Of a stretch of DNA of 64,000 bases, positions 22,910-34,992 are shown piece by piece. The translations under genes and the position numbers were made by a program. Position 1 is the first letter of the stretch, and each line of letters opens with the position of its first letter. The notes under the pieces are model-generated. The model saw only the letters and a program-made list of their open reading frames with translations. It ran no database searches and was not told where the DNA came from. Source of the stretch: an uncultured cyanobacterium (GTDB lineage: Bacteria; Cyanobacteriota; Cyanobacteriia; Cyanobacteriales; Cyanobacteriaceae); the NCBI GenBank assembly GCA_963710605.1, contig CAVQBA010000007.1, positions 448,001 through 512,000 on the forward strand. Reading direction: 5' to 3'.

Positions 22910-23014
22910 TATAGCGGTAAATGAGTGAGTTAAGACGTGATTGTTCGATTCCCTTCCTTACAAAGGAGGGGTTAGGGGTGGTTGATTGTCCTAACCAAGT
23001 CGTTTACTGCTATA
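22910..23014. mobile_element. MITE-like element with TATAGC..GCTATA ends and an internal CCCTTCCTT/AAGGAGGGG hairpin
   Basis: Ends TATAGCGGTAAATGA / TCGTTTACTGCTATA are inverted complements. Confidence 0.55.
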
Positions 23015-23527
23015 ACTTTGGTTAAGGTATATAATTAGCCTTCAACTTAAGTTCAAGTCTAAACGAAATCGTTTTTATAAATTGAACTAAAAATTATGTC
23101 CAGCCAAAACATTTTAGACAACTTATTTTTTTGATTAGACATTTAGAGCGAAATGATTTTTCATTGGTTCAATCGTTTAGGGCTTGTTATCCTTTAGGTT
23201 CTAATTTTTCAACCATATTTTTGTTGACAAAAACAAGATTGTATGATAATTAATGGACTAGTTTTTTTGACAATCGATTCTCAAAAATCTAAACAGTTTT
23301 ATAACTATATATAACTTATTATTTTTTAACCATTTTTAATCGATAGATAGGGTTAGTAAACATTACAATACAGCAAAGTACGGTTGTAAACCGAATAACT
23401 TTTTGGGTTATTAATTATCTGTTGATTAGCTTAATTAGTTACTGTAACAACATTTAAGAAAAACTTGATATCTAATAGACACAAAAAATAGAACAAATAA
23501 ATTAAATAAAAATTTAGCCAAAATAAT

Positions 23528-24991
23528 ATGGTTCAACTAAACACAACGGCAGGAGACGGTGGATTACGTGTAGAGTTAGATGGTTTCGGTTCTTTTGGCT
23601 CTAACATAGGTAACAATGTTTCGGATGCTTTTTACGATCCTATTGGCGAACAAACAGAAGCAGGTACAACCTTCGAGTCTGCGGTAGCTATTAGAGTAGG
23701 AAGCCAAATCAGACGTACTTTCCTGACAACAGGTAATATTGCCGAAGTATCAAACTTAATAATCCCATTTTTTGATAGCAGAACTACAAACACAACAACT
23801 GCTAACAGTACGTTCACCGTTCGTAATTTAGACTTTAGCCTCAATCAGGTAGTTGAAGAAGTATTGGTAGAGGGAGAACAAACAGGAAGTACTCTAATTC
23901 AAACTTATACTATTACTAACCCTAGTTCAAATCCAATCGAATTTGAATTAATTCGCTATATTGACGGTGATTTAGACTTTGATGGTAGCATCGACGATTC
24001 TGGTGGACGATTACTCAGAGATGGACAAGAAATTCTGTTTCAAACAGATAGTGGAGAAAATCCTTTCGTCGCAACTACTTTTTTTAGTATCACCGCTACA
24101 GGGGGTGATACACTAGAATCCGGACGTTATGAAATAGATTCTTTTAGTGGATTACGCAGTCGTATTTCAAATGGTACAGACTTAGACGATATTATTACAG
24201 GAGATAGTGATGACTCAGATCAATTTATTGATAGTAGTCCTTATGATGTAAGTCTAGCACTACGAAATAGTTTTGTACTTAATCCTGGTGCATCAACAAG
24301 TTATGTGACAACTACAGTCTTCGGTTCTGGTTCTCCAGAAGCATTAGATGAGTTAGAAACTGTTTTTACCACGATCGATAATAGCGATTTAGTTAACGGT
24401 TTAGCTTATGATGCTACCTTAATTCCCGAATCAATTAGTATTAACATGAGACTTACTCAGGGTGTCCAAAATTTAGGTAGTGAAGCTGATTTTAAAAACT
24501 TAGTTGGTTTGTATGCTGTTTTAGATATCAATGGTGGTATAGATATCGATGGTGATGGTAATGTCGATTTACTTCCTACCGATGAAGGATATGCCCGTGC
24601 GGCGATCGAAAATCGTGTCGATAGTTTCCAAATCTTAGCTGGTGGTTTTGGTGATCCTAATTTTAACACTACGGTTGAAGAATTTGGAGATGTATTAATC
24701 AGTGGTGGTCAGATGTATGCACCCTTTCTGATCGCTAATGGTGGTGAAATTGGCTTTGAAGGGTTTATAGCGAATGAAGATGGAGAAGAAAGCGTATTTA
24801 ACAATATGTCACAATTCCGTGAAGATTTTGTTGCTTACTTTGCCTTTATTGGTGCTAATCCAGATGGTACGGCTCACTTACAAAGCAGACGCAACGGTGT
24901 GTTTGGCTTTGAAGATTTACCTAGTAATTTAGGTATGAGCGACAACGACTTCAATGATGCTGTTTTCCAATTAATTTCGGTCACAGTTTAA
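23528..24991 (+). CDS. Acidic putative extracellular protein with C-terminal DUF4114-like domain
   Basis: YFAFIGANPDG..H...FGFEDL...DNDFNDAVF; DIDGDGNVD Ca-binding-like loop. Confidence 0.75.
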   Translation: MVQLNTTAGDGGLRVELDGFGSFGSNIGNNVSDAFYDPIGEQTEAGTTFESAVAIRVGSQIRRTFLTTGNIAEVSNLIIPFFDSRTTNTTTANSTFTVRNLDFSLNQVVEEVLVEGEQTGSTLIQTYTITNPSSNPIEFELIRYIDGDLDFDGSIDDSGGRLLRDGQEILFQTDSGENPFVATTFFSITATGGDTLESGRYEIDSFSGLRSRISNGTDLDDIITGDSDDSDQFIDSSPYDVSLALRNSFVLNPGASTSYVTTTVFGSGSPEALDELETVFTTIDNSDLVNGLAYDATLIPESISINMRLTQGVQNLGSEADFKNLVGLYAVLDINGGIDIDGDGNVDLLPTDEGYARAAIENRVDSFQILAGGFGDPNFNTTVEEFGDVLISGGQMYAPFLIANGGEIGFEGFIANEDGEESVFNNMSQFREDFVAYFAFIGANPDGTAHLQSRRNGVFGFEDLPSNLGMSDNDFNDAVFQLISVTV

Positions 24992-25120
24992 TCGATCGTC
25001 GTTTACAGCGATCTTTAATTCAACTCTAACCAATACAAAAATTATAGTAGGGGTAGAATATCATTCTACCCGAAGACATCATTAGCATACATAAACGATC
25101 AGCTCAACTTGGTATTACGT

Positions 25121-25239
25121 GCGATCGTAATTGTCAACTCTCAACATCAAAATAAGTTAGCAATGTGTTATATGAGCGTTGTTTGTCTCTAATGTTTTTC
25201 TCTCTAGTAAGTTGATTGTTATCGATCGTCTTTTTTTTT
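25121..25239 (+). ncRNA. Candidate long-hairpin small RNA (copy 2)
   Basis: CGATCGTAATTGTCAACT pairs with AGTTGATTGTTATCGATCG, then T9. Confidence 0.35.
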
Positions 25240-25590
25240 GTTGCATAAATATTTCGTAGTCATAATTTCAGACGGGCAATTTCAACTAAGTAAGACTAAT
25301 CTCCAGTTTCTTGGTAAATCGAGCGTTCGATTAATTCTCAGCTTAACAAATAATATCATCGTTAAATAAATTAACAAATTCGATCGAAACTCTCAAAGAA
25401 ATTAAGATTAATTAGTATCAATTTAAAACTGAATAAATTATATAATAGCAAAAGTCCTTAGTCTCTTTTAGTTGTTAGCTATTAAACCATATTTTAGCGA
25501 GCTTAAAACTCAACCCTGAGATTGAAAACACTAACCGTGTCTTATCTAATTTTAAATCGTCACGATATTCTAATCTAAAACAATCTAACA

Positions 25591-28500
25591 ATGACAACAC
25601 GAGCAAGATCGAAAAAACCCGAAAACTTTTTTATTATTGGGATTGGAGCTTCAGCAGGTGGAGTACAAGCATTAGAGTTATTCTTTAATAGCTTACCCGA
25701 TAATCCTAATGGGGCTTTTGTAGTGGTACAACATCTGTCGCCTAATCACCGTAGTGCAATGACCGAGATTTTGCAAAGGCAAACAACTTTACCAGTACAA
25801 GAAGTCGAAGATCGGATGTTGCTCGAACCTGCTAAGGTATATGTGTTGCCACCAGGTAAAATTATTGTCCTCGAAGACGATCGGCGATTACATTTAGAAG
25901 AAGTCTTAAGTTCGCCTCGCAATACAATCGATCGTTTTTTTCAGTCTCTTGTAGATGGATGGGGAGAACGCACGATCGCTATTTTGTTATCTGGAACGGG
26001 TAATGATGGTACTGAAGGAATCCAAGCAGTTAGTAGAGTAGGGGGTATCGCCTTAGTTCAGTCGCCAGAAACCGCTCAATTTACCAGTATGCCTTCGGGT
26101 GCTATTCCTTCTGGCTTGGTAGATGAAATTCTCTCTCCTCAAGATTTGGCTCAAACCGTTTACGAATTGATTCGCTTTTCTGATAATTTTCCTACTGCTC
26201 GTATGCAAGAAGCAAGTACGCTCGCTCCCGACTTGCTACAACAAATCTTAAATATTTTGGCAGAGCGAGAAGATATCGACTTTTCTCATTACAAAACTAG
26301 TACCCTCAGCCGCCGTATCCACCATCGCTGTGCCTTGATACGAAAAAACAGTATTAATGAATATATCCAGTTATTAGAAACTTCAGAAGAAGAGCAAAAG
26401 CAGTTACGTCAAGATCTTTTAATCGGTGCAACCTGCTTTTTCCGAGATTTAGAAGCCTGGCAGTTTTTAGCTACTGAAGTTATTCCCCGTCATCTAAAGA
26501 AGCTAGAACCAAATCAGCCGTTACGCATCTGGGTATCGGCTTGTGCTACTGGTGAAGAAGCCTATTCGATGGCTATAATCGTTGATGAGCTTTTGCAAAC
26601 TACAGATAAATTCGTTCAGGTAAAAATTTTTGCCACCGATTTAGATACCAAAGCTTTAGAGGCGGCGGCGCAGGGTGTTTATTCTGAGAGTGCTATCAAC
26701 AATGTCTCGCCCGAACGGCTAGAAAAATACTTTGATTACGATGGTGGTTACTATCGAGTTAAACGATCGCTACGAGAAATGTTGATTATTGCCCCTCATG
26801 ATTTGACCAAAAACGCCGGTTTTTCGCGGATGAATTTGGTTAGCTGTCGCAATGTTCTCATTTATATGCAACCCCAACTTCAACATCAAGTATTAGGTTT
26901 ACTCCACTTTGCACTAGAAACTAAAGGTACTCTTTTTCTTGGTAGCTCAGAAACATTGGGACAGATAGCTGAAGAATTTACTACCGAAAACTCGAAGTGG
27001 AAAATTTATCAAAAACGGCGCAATACCTCACTAACATCTGTAGCCATTTCTCAGCAAATTGTGCCATCGCCCTTTCGCTCATCTGTTGGTCATAAAACTC
27101 GTCAGCAACAACTCGAGCGTCTGTTGAACGGATTATTTAAGCTGAGTTTTGCCGAACGCAAAATCACTTCTTTACTAGTTGCTTCTAATAACGAGCTTTT
27201 GCGGGTATTTTACAACTCAGCTCGTTTGCTAGATCATCCGATCGGGGAAATGAGTACAGATGTTTTAGAGCAGGTAAATGCCTCTTTGAAGCTACCTCTA
27301 AGTACTGCCTTATACCGTATCCGCAGACGTAATGAAGAGATGATACTCTATACGGGTATTAAAGTAATACGTGAAGAAGAAGAACTCAACGTAACCTTAC
27401 GGGTTGCTCCAGATAGAAGTAGTACCGATAGTACTCAAATTTTGGTCATTTTTGAAATAGAATCTCCTCACTTATCTTCGGTTGCACCTTTACGTTTTGA
27501 TGTGGGTGAAGAAGCGGCTCAGCAAATTACGGAGTTAGAATATGAGCTACAGCAAACTCGTGAAAATTTACAGGTCACGATCGAAGAGCTAGAAACGGCA
27601 AATGAAGAACAACAGGCTACCAATGAAGAACTATTAGCATCCAATGAAGAATTACAAAGTACTAATGAAGAGCTACAGTCGGTTAACGAAGAACTATATA
27701 CCGTTAACTGTGAGTATCAGTCGAAAATTAAAGAGCTAACTCAACTTAATAGCGACATTGATAACCTTTTACGCAGTACAGACATTGGTGTAATCTTCCT
27801 TGATAATGATTTTAATATTCGCAAGTTTACGCCTGCGGCTACCAGAGCTATTAATATCAAACTGTCTGATGTAGGTCGTCCTCTGACTGATTTAAGTAGA
27901 AATATTGACTTGCCTAACTTTGTCGATATTTTACAGCAGGTGGTTTCATCTAACGAACCCTACGAACAAGAGATAGCGATCGCTAACTCTAAAGATCATC
28001 TGCTCGTGCGAGTTCATCCTTATATACGAGAAGATCGTAATAATAATGGAATTGTCCTAACTTTTGTTCAGATTAATGAGTTGCGGCAAGCCCAAGAACA
28101 ACTTCAACAAGCCAATAAAATTCTCGAAAATCTTTACGAAGCTAGTCCCGCAGGACTGTGTTTATTTAACAAAAACTTAGAGTTTATTCGCGTTAATCCT
28201 GCTTTAGCAGAAATTAATGGCGTTTCGATTGAAAATCACTTGGGTAAAACTTTGCGCGATATTGCACCCGATCTAGCTGACTATCTAGAGTCGTTATTAT
28301 CTCAAGTTATTGAGACGGGCGAACCAATTTGTAATATTGAAATTAGAGGTAAAATGCCAGCTACTCCCGATCTCGAACGTTGTTGGATAGCTAGCTATTA
28401 TCCTGTTGATTTTCTCGATGATGGTCGGGGCGTTGGAGCTGTTGTTGTTGAGATTACAGAGCGGGTTCTAGCTGAAAAAGCTTTACGTAATAGCCAAAGA

Positions 28501-30096
28501 CGTTTGCAAGAAGCCCAGCAGTTAGCCAAACTAGGCAACTGGGAATTCCAATTAAAGAGCGATTTAACTTTGGATACTGCTTATCCCGAATTTTCTAGAG
28601 AGCTACGAAACATTTATCAGCTTGATGCCGAGGCGAAATCGAACTTGACAGATTTATTGCAACAGCACCCGAGAAGCGATCGCCAACTACTAAGTAATGC
28701 TTTTGAATTTTTAATCTCAGATGGTATTCCTTTTAGCCTTGATGTCCAGCTTTTTGAATCCGAGCAACAAAGGCTTACTGTCAATATTATGGGGCAAGCA
28801 ATCCGAGACGTTGAGGAGCGAATTATCAAATTTTATGGCACAGTGATGGATATTACCGAACGCAAAGCCATCGAGCAAGAACTAGAACGGCGTAATGCGG
28901 CATTAGAAGAAGCGATCGCTATCGCTCAAGTAGCTGACTCAGCCAATCAAGCTAAGACGGAATTCCTAGCCAATATGAGTCACGAAATTCGTACACCAAT
29001 GAATTCGATCGTCGTAGTCAGTCAGCTATTAGAACGTACAGATTTGGCAACCCAACAGCAAAAATTACTAAATACTTTGAGGGTAAATACCGATCGCTTG
29101 TTGACACTTATTAATGATGTTTTGTCACTCTCTAAGCTAGAAGCTAATCAACTGCAATTGGAATACAGCCCTTTCAACCTAAGTCAGACTTTTGAAGTGT
29201 TATCTGATTCTTTTACGACACAAGTTCAAACCAAAAACCTAACACTAAAGTTTGAGATTGCTTCGGATATACCAACAATATTGATTGGAGATGACTATCG
29301 CTTACAGCAAGTGTTCGGCAATCTTATTAGTAATAGTATCAAATTTACCGATACGGGTGAGATTTCTGTCACTGCTTCATTAGACAAATCATCTACCGAT
29401 CTAACGAATGATAATATGATTAGCTTATATTTCACTGTCAAAGATACGGGTATAGGTATTGATACTGCTGACCAAGCAAGGTTGTTTCAACCCTTTACCC
29501 AAGCTGATAGTTCGGTTACGCGTCAGTTTGGCGGTACGGGTTTAGGGCTGACAATTTGCCGTCATATTGTACAAGCTATGGGCGGAGAAATTGGCTTAGA
29601 CAGTAGTCCGGGGCAGGGTTCAACCTTTTGGTTTAAGATACCTTTTGCTATAGGAGAAAACTCTACTACCTTAGATACGCTCTCATCACCCTCGCAAATA
29701 CCCGATACTGACGTATTATCCCGCTCAATGGATACCCTCAGAATATTACTAGTCGAAGATTACCAAGACAATCGCGAACTAATGCTACTTATTTTAGAGA
29801 ATATGGGCTGTCAAGTAGATTGGGTAACGAATGGTCAAGAATTTCTCGATCGTACTGCCGAGCAAGATTATGACATTGTTTTATTAGACTGTCAAATGCC
29901 TATCTTGGATGGTTATGAAGCAGTACGTAGGTTACGGATACGAGAAGAAAATACAAAAAGAACAGTTGTGATCGGTTTGACTGCTCATGCCATGCCCGAA
30001 GATCGTGAAAAATGTCTAGCCGCTGGGATGGATGATTATTTGAGTAAGCCTGTATTAAGAAACGATCTTTTTGAAATGTTAAAGCAATGGAGCTAA
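25591..30096 (+). CDS. CheB-CheR-PAS hybrid histidine kinase with receiver domain
   Basis: [16 protein letters not shown] (CheB), [10 protein letters not shown] (CheR), NEELQS coiled coil, PAS domains, [10 protein letters not shown]-box, GGTGLGL, LLDCQMP. Confidence 0.92.
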   Translation: MTTRARSKKPENFFIIGIGASAGGVQALELFFNSLPDNPNGAFVVVQHLSPNHRSAMTEILQRQTTLPVQEVEDRMLLEPAKVYVLPPGKIIVLEDDRRLHLEEVLSSPRNTIDRFFQSLVDGWGERTIAILLSGTGNDGTEGIQAVSRVGGIALVQSPETAQFTSMPSGAIPSGLVDEILSPQDLAQTVYELIRFSDNFPTARMQEASTLAPDLLQQILNILAEREDIDFSHYKTSTLSRRIHHRCALIRKNSINEYIQLLETSEEEQKQLRQDLLIGATCFFRDLEAWQFLATEVIPRHLKKLEPNQPLRIWVSACATGEEAYSMAIIVDELLQTTDKFVQVKIFATDLDTKALEAAAQGVYSESAINNVSPERLEKYFDYDGGYYRVKRSLREMLIIAPHDLTKNAGFSRMNLVSCRNVLIYMQPQLQHQVLGLLHFALETKGTLFLGSSETLGQIAEEFTTENSKWKIYQKRRNTSLTSVAISQQIVPSPFRSSVGHKTRQQQLERLLNGLFKLSFAERKITSLLVASNNELLRVFYNSARLLDHPIGEMSTDVLEQVNASLKLPLSTALYRIRRRNEEMILYTGIKVIREEEELNVTLRVAPDRSSTDSTQILVIFEIESPHLSSVAPLRFDVGEEAAQQITELEYELQQTRENLQVTIEELETANEEQQATNEELLASNEELQSTNEELQSVNEELYTVNCEYQSKIKELTQLNSDIDNLLRSTDIGVIFLDNDFNIRKFTPAATRAINIKLSDVGRPLTDLSRNIDLPNFVDILQQVVSSNEPYEQEIAIANSKDHLLVRVHPYIREDRNNNGIVLTFVQINELRQAQEQLQQANKILENLYEASPAGLCLFNKNLEFIRVNPALAEINGVSIENHLGKTLRDIAPDLADYLESLLSQVIETGEPICNIEIRGKMPATPDLERCWIASYYPVDFLDDGRGVGAVVVEITERVLAEKALRNSQRRLQEAQQLAKLGNWEFQLKSDLTLDTAYPEFSRELRNIYQLDAEAKSNLTDLLQQHPRSDRQLLSNAFEFLISDGIPFSLDVQLFESEQQRLTVNIMGQAIRDVEERIIKFYGTVMDITERKAIEQELERRNAALEEAIAIAQVADSANQAKTEFLANMSHEIRTPMNSIVVVSQLLERTDLATQQQKLLNTLRVNTDRLLTLINDVLSLSKLEANQLQLEYSPFNLSQTFEVLSDSFTTQVQTKNLTLKFEIASDIPTILIGDDYRLQQVFGNLISNSIKFTDTGEISVTASLDKSSTDLTNDNMISLYFTVKDTGIGIDTADQARLFQPFTQADSSVTRQFGGTGLGLTICRHIVQAMGGEIGLDSSPGQGSTFWFKIPFAIGENSTTLDTLSSPSQIPDTDVLSRSMDTLRILLVEDYQDNRELMLLILENMGCQVDWVTNGQEFLDRTAEQDYDIVLLDCQMPILDGYEAVRRLRIREENTKRTVVIGLTAHAMPEDREKCLAAGMDDYLSKPVLRNDLFEMLKQWS

Positions 30097-30140
30097 ATTT
30101 AAGAAGGAAGAGAGCATCACTTTTTACCAAAAAATCAAGG

Positions 30141-30210
30141 GTAAGAAGTAAGGAGTAAGAAGAATGAGTAAGAAGTAAGAAGTAAGGAGTAAGGAGTAAG
30201 GAGTAAGAAG
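30141..30210. repeat. Heptamer tandem repeat (GTAAGRA)
   Basis: Read directly. Confidence 0.85.
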
Positions 30211-30344
30211 AGATCAATTGTTAATTGTCAATTGTCAATTATTTTAAATAAATTTCTTATCTATTTGAGGGGTGATAGCGACTATGCCTACATTTAAAAT
30301 GTAAAATTAATTTTGTACTCGTACTTAAACACTAACTATCAACC

Positions 30345-31064
30345 ATGACCACAGTTAAAATATTACCCGATCTTAATGCGTTAGTAGATGAATCTTCCGA
30401 ATACATCGCTACTAAAATGAAAGACGCTGTTGCTAAAAATGGTGTTTGTTATATTGCCTTAGCAGGTGGTAGTACTCCAGAACCAGTATATGAGAAATTA
30501 GCAAAAGCCGATTTACCTTGGGATAAAATCCATTTTTTTTGGGGAGACGAGCGTTATGTGCCTCCGACTCATGAAGATAGCAATTATAAAATGTCAAAGG
30601 AAGCATGGTTAGACTCGATCGATATTCCTGAAAGTAACATTCACATTACCCCAACCGAAGGAAGTGACGTGCAATCAGATGCGCAAGAATACGAACAAGA
30701 CATACTCGATACTTTTGGTATAACTGAAGGTATTCCTACTTTTGATGTAGTTTTTATGGGTATGGGCGACGATGGGCATACTGCTTCTCTTTTCCCTGAA
30801 ACTTATGCTTTAAGTGTAGTCGATCGATTAGTGACTGTAGGTAACAAACAAGAACACCAAAGAATTACATTTACTATACCTTTAATCAATAACGCTGATT
30901 GTGTTGTCTTTTTGGTTGCAGGTGAAGGTAAGCAATCGGCATTAGCACAGGTATTTAATGACGAAGACAATAGTTACCAATATCCTAGTAAACTAATTCA
31001 ACCTCAAGGAGAGTTAGTCTGGTTTCTAGATGAAGCGGTGGCGAAACAATTGGAAGTTGATTAA
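30345..31064 (+). CDS. pgl: 6-phosphogluconolactonase
   Basis: ALAGGSTP, FWGDERYVP, GMGDDGHTASLFP, RITFT. Confidence 0.95.
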   Translation: MTTVKILPDLNALVDESSEYIATKMKDAVAKNGVCYIALAGGSTPEPVYEKLAKADLPWDKIHFFWGDERYVPPTHEDSNYKMSKEAWLDSIDIPESNIHITPTEGSDVQSDAQEYEQDILDTFGITEGIPTFDVVFMGMGDDGHTASLFPETYALSVVDRLVTVGNKQEHQRITFTIPLINNADCVVFLVAGEGKQSALAQVFNDEDNSYQYPSKLIQPQGELVWFLDEAVAKQLEVD

Positions 31065-31098
31065 TTATCAATTGAGAAGTTAATGTTTGATACTTAAC

Positions 31099-31325
31099 CA
31101 CCCCTAACCCCTCTTTTAAAAGAAGAGCTGTTTCATGTCTTATTTTTGTAATTTATACAATGCCAGAAATAGCCGTAAATTTAGCCGTTTTTATCTAATA
31201 GTAAAAAGAAAATGTAACCACTCTCGATCGATCGTTCAGTAGTAATAGCTTCTAGCTATTTATTGTGAGCTTCTAACTATTTTTGGCGAACGAGAATGAA
31301 TCACCCCTAACCCCTCTTTTAAAAG
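31099..31325. mobile_element. MITE-like element flanked by an exact 24-bp direct repeat
   Basis: CACCCCTAACCCCTCTTTTAAAAG at 31099-31122 and 31302-31325; inner ends GAGCTGTTTCAT / ATGAATCACCC. Confidence 0.6.
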
Positions 31326-31788
31326 GAGGGGAACGAATTTGAGAATAATTAGGATATTAATAAAATAATAAAAGTAATCACCTTGAATTTAGTCATTCAA
31401 GGCTAAAGGTATTCGTTCAATTTATTGAACTAAGATAATCATTAATCACATTTGATAAATTTATTAATAACGAGTGCCGTAACCCATGAGTAACTTTTTT
31501 TAGGCGTATTTGTGTTGGGCTTCGTTGAGGAAGGAGTGTATCTGTTTTCTTTTTAATGTTTTTAATCTCAACCCAACCTAGTAATCTACTAATCGTCGAT
31601 CGTTTTTTCTCTTAACTTTCCAATTTAGCTAAACCAAATCAAAACAGAAATAATAAAACCGACTAACAAAATATATATTAATAAATTTTAACTAACAAGA
31701 AGAATATCTATTATATTATGTAAAGTTTAAAATAATATTTAGGTAGAATATTAAGTATTATCGATCGAATTAATCAAAAATAAAAAAG

Positions 31789-32262
31789 ATGAATAATTCC
31801 CATGAGCAATTCAATGAATCTGCTGGTGATAGTATCACTAATGTAGTCAAAAATCTAGAAGATAGTCTTTTAAATAAGCCTTCTCCTGCTGTTACTAATA
31901 TTTCAGATCAAGCACTGACACAAATTCAATCTTTAGTCGCTACTTTAGTTCATGTTCATACTCAAGTAGAATTGGAATTGCCTAATCATTTTTCGGTTAT
32001 TCATATTGGTAAACCTAACGAAAAAGTACCTCCAGATATAGATGTTTCAGGTTTTCCTCATTCACAAGTTGTTTCTCGTATTCATGCTGATATTATTCAC
32101 AATGAAGATGATTTTTATTTAGAAGATACCCAAAGTGCTAATGGTACTTATATTAATCATACTCCTTTACCTAAGGGTAATCGTCATCGTTTAAAATCAG
32201 GAGATAGAATCGCTTTTGGCAAAGAAGATAAAGTTAGTTTTATTTTTCAATTGAAAAGTTGA
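31789..32262 (+). CDS. FHA-domain protein
   Basis: IGKP..PDIDVS..VSRIHA..ED..SANGTYIN..GDRI. Confidence 0.9.
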   Translation: MNNSHEQFNESAGDSITNVVKNLEDSLLNKPSPAVTNISDQALTQIQSLVATLVHVHTQVELELPNHFSVIHIGKPNEKVPPDIDVSGFPHSQVVSRIHADIIHNEDDFYLEDTQSANGTYINHTPLPKGNRHRLKSGDRIAFGKEDKVSFIFQLKS

Positions 32263-32340
32263 TTTGTTGATTATTGTTTGAAACAAAACACTAAAATCTT
32301 TACCCACGATCGATTTACTAATTAAATATTTTTAAGCAAA

Positions 32341-33384
32341 TTGATGTCATTAGTAAACGTTATTTCTGTTCTAGAGAAATTGACAGCAAAATTAGAATTG
32401 TCTTCAGTAGAAAATAAGCTATTACAAGAATATAGTTTAGATGATCCTGATCCTTTTAAATATCAAAAAAAAGATGATTTGTATCGGCAAAAAAAAGCTG
32501 TATTTACAGAAGTTTATCCACTAGTTAATTCGTTATGTAAACAACTTATATTTAACAATAAAGAGCTAGTTTTACAAACTCTTTGGTTTTTTTGGTTACC
32601 ACTGGCATTAGAACTCGTTCAGAAAAGACGACAGCAGGCTATTCCTTTGGTGTTCGCTATTCTTGGTGGACAGGGGACAGGAAAAACTACTTTAACTAAA
32701 ATATTGCCCCTGATTTGGGATTATTGGAATATTAAAAGTGTCGCAATTTCGATCGATGATTTGTATAAAACTTATAGCCAAAGACAAGAATTGTTAAAAA
32801 CCGATCCCCGTTTAATCTGGCGTGGTCCTCCTGCAACTCATGATGTAGATTTGGGAATCGAAATTATCGAGCAGTTACAACAAGAAAAAGAAAATGTTGA
32901 GATTCCACGTTTTGATAAATCTGCTTATGAGGGTATGGGCGATCGGACACGGTCTGAGCAAGTAAATAAGGTGGATATAATCATCATTGAAGGGTGGTTT
33001 GTGGGAATTGTACCTGTAAACGAGAAAGTCTTTGATAAAGCCCCTTTTCCTCTAGTTACAGAAGACGATCGACAATTTGCTCGTGATAATAATGCCCGAT
33101 TAATTGAATACTTACCATTATGGGCAAAAATAGACTACTTAATGATTTTTAATCCTCAGCAGTATCAATATAGCTTACAATGGCGAAAACAAGCAGAACA
33201 TTTGATGATTTCTCAAGGTAAGACAGGGATGAGTGATGAGCAGATAGAACAATTTGTTTATTATTTTTGGCAAGCCTTACACCCAGAGATTTATCTTCCA
33301 CCTCTGCTTAGTGATGCCCAAAAAACTGATTTGGTGGTTGAGATTAATTTTGAACATAGCGTCGATCGTCTTTATCGTCCTTGA
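32341..33384 (+). CDS. GLYK-type glycerate kinase (P-loop)
   Basis: GGQGTGKTT, SIDDLY, RGPPATHD, PRFDKS, EGWFVG. Confidence 0.85.
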   Translation: MMSLVNVISVLEKLTAKLELSSVENKLLQEYSLDDPDPFKYQKKDDLYRQKKAVFTEVYPLVNSLCKQLIFNNKELVLQTLWFFWLPLALELVQKRRQQAIPLVFAILGGQGTGKTTLTKILPLIWDYWNIKSVAISIDDLYKTYSQRQELLKTDPRLIWRGPPATHDVDLGIEIIEQLQQEKENVEIPRFDKSAYEGMGDRTRSEQVNKVDIIIIEGWFVGIVPVNEKVFDKAPFPLVTEDDRQFARDNNARLIEYLPLWAKIDYLMIFNPQQYQYSLQWRKQAEHLMISQGKTGMSDEQIEQFVYYFWQALHPEIYLPPLLSDAQKTDLVVEINFEHSVDRLYRP

Positions 33385-33404
33385 ATCTCGAATAATGATT
33401 AATT

Positions 33405-33773
33405 ATGTTTACAACTGAACTACCAGCGATAAATTATGTAACACAAAACAGTATCATAGAAGAACAAAGAATAGAACCAGAAAAAATCATGATACTTAAC
33501 GATAGTCAAGTTAGACAACAATTATCAGATATTCCTGAATGGTTCACAAGTGGGCAATACCTTAGTCATACTTATCAGTTTAGCGACTTTAGACAAGCAA
33601 TAAAATTTATTAATTCTCTAGTTGAACCCTCAGAAGCGATCGGACACCATCCTGACATCAGTATTTCTTACAATAAAGTGACAATTCATTTAACAACTCA
33701 CGATGCAGGAGGAATTACCCAAAAAGATATTGATTTAGCTAAACAGATTACTAGAATAGTAAAAAACTTTTAA
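33405..33773 (+). CDS. Pterin-4a-carbinolamine dehydratase
   Basis: HHPDI..YNKV..LTTHDAGGITQKD. Confidence 0.9.
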   Translation: MFTTELPAINYVTQNSIIEEQRIEPEKIMILNDSQVRQQLSDIPEWFTSGQYLSHTYQFSDFRQAIKFINSLVEPSEAIGHHPDISISYNKVTIHLTTHDAGGITQKDIDLAKQITRIVKNF

Positions 33774-33970
33774 AAGCTAATTACTAATGTTAATCTAATT
33801 ATTTTTTGGCTCAAGTTGTCAGTCATAATCTACTTATATAGCATTCGTTCATTAAGTAAAAATAATTAATTATTAGTTGTTTAGGCTAAATAGTCTCAAC
33901 TTTTGAGAATTCTCTTAATTCAGGTAAAATGTAAACGGAAATAATAGCAGAAAGTACCCCCAAAATAAAT

Positions 33971-34312
33971 ATGATTGAAGTTAATAATCAGAAAAACTTA
34001 GAAGCAATGAAAAATTTTGCTGAACAGTATGCGAATAGAAGTGATACTTATTTTTGTGCCGACCCTTCAGTGACAGCCGTCGTCATTCAAGGTTTAGCAC
34101 GTCATAAAGAAGAATTAGGTGCTCCTCTTTGTCCTTGTCGTTATTACGAAGATAAAGAAGCTGAGGTTAAAGATACATTTTGGAATTGTCCTTGTGTACC
34201 TATGCGTGAGAGAAAAGAATGTCATTGTATGTTGTTTCTCACACCTGATAATGAATTTGTGGGTGAGCAACAAGAAATTAGTTGGGATGATTTACAAGGA
34301 GATGGTAAGTAA
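33971..34312 (+). CDS. ftrC: Ferredoxin-thioredoxin reductase catalytic subunit
   Basis: CPC, CPC and CHC motifs. Confidence 0.95.
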   Translation: MIEVNNQKNLEAMKNFAEQYANRSDTYFCADPSVTAVVIQGLARHKEELGAPLCPCRYYEDKEAEVKDTFWNCPCVPMRERKECHCMLFLTPDNEFVGEQQEISWDDLQGDGK

Positions 34313-34450
34313 TTAATTGATAATTACGGTTGTATCGATCGCAATCTAACTTACTCAAGGTTACAACACATTTTTAGTAATCATAACCTTGAGTGTTTGC
34401 TTATTTAATTGGTTATAAAGACAGAAAAAATAATATTACCCGACGTCTTT

Positions 34451-34582
34451 TTAGTCTTCATGATCTTCAAAAGGATCACCTAGTTCGGCTGATGGTGGAC
34501 CAAAAGCAGTATAAATAGAGTATCCTGTAATAGCTACCAAAACTGTAGCTACGCTAATGCCAATAATTGTTGCACTTTCCAT
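34451..34582 (-). CDS. psbN: Photosystem II assembly protein PsbN (not in ORF track)
   Basis: Hand translation [43 protein letters not shown]; divergent from psbH. Confidence 0.95.
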   Translation of the reverse strand: MESATIIGISVATVLVAITGYSIYTAFGPPSAELGDPFEDHED

Positions 34583-34669
34583 AATTCGTATTTTCTTTTC
34601 AATGATAGTCTTATTCTTATATAATATTACGACAGATAAAAAAAATTATTGTAATAGATAAAATTAAAT

Positions 34670-34873
34670 ATGTCACAACAAACTCGTTTAGGCGATCTTC
34701 TTAAACCTCTTAACTCAGAGTACGGTAAAGTTGTCCCAGGCTGGGGTACAACTGCTTTAATGGGCGTTTTTATGGCTTTATTCTTAGTATTTTTATTGAT
34801 TATTTTACAAATTTACAACTCTTCTATTTTGATAGAAGGAGTCGATGTTGATTGGAGAAGTTTAGGTCAATAA
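34670..34873 (+). CDS. psbH: Photosystem II PsbH
   Basis: [18 protein letters not shown]. Confidence 0.97.
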   Translation: MSQQTRLGDLLKPLNSEYGKVVPGWGTTALMGVFMALFLVFLLIILQIYNSSILIEGVDVDWRSLGQ

Positions 34874-34992
34874 TCAAAACAAATAGATTATCGATCGCAA
34901 TTAGATTACCTACTTTTCTAATTTATTATACTTATTAGCTAATGAGTATAAACTAGAAATAATTACTAGAAAATACGAGCATATAATCTAAA

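Noticed and set aside
29900-30217. 105-aa minus-strand ORF
   Set aside because: Begins in a heptamer repeat (YSLLLT pattern) and is antisense to the kinase 3' end.
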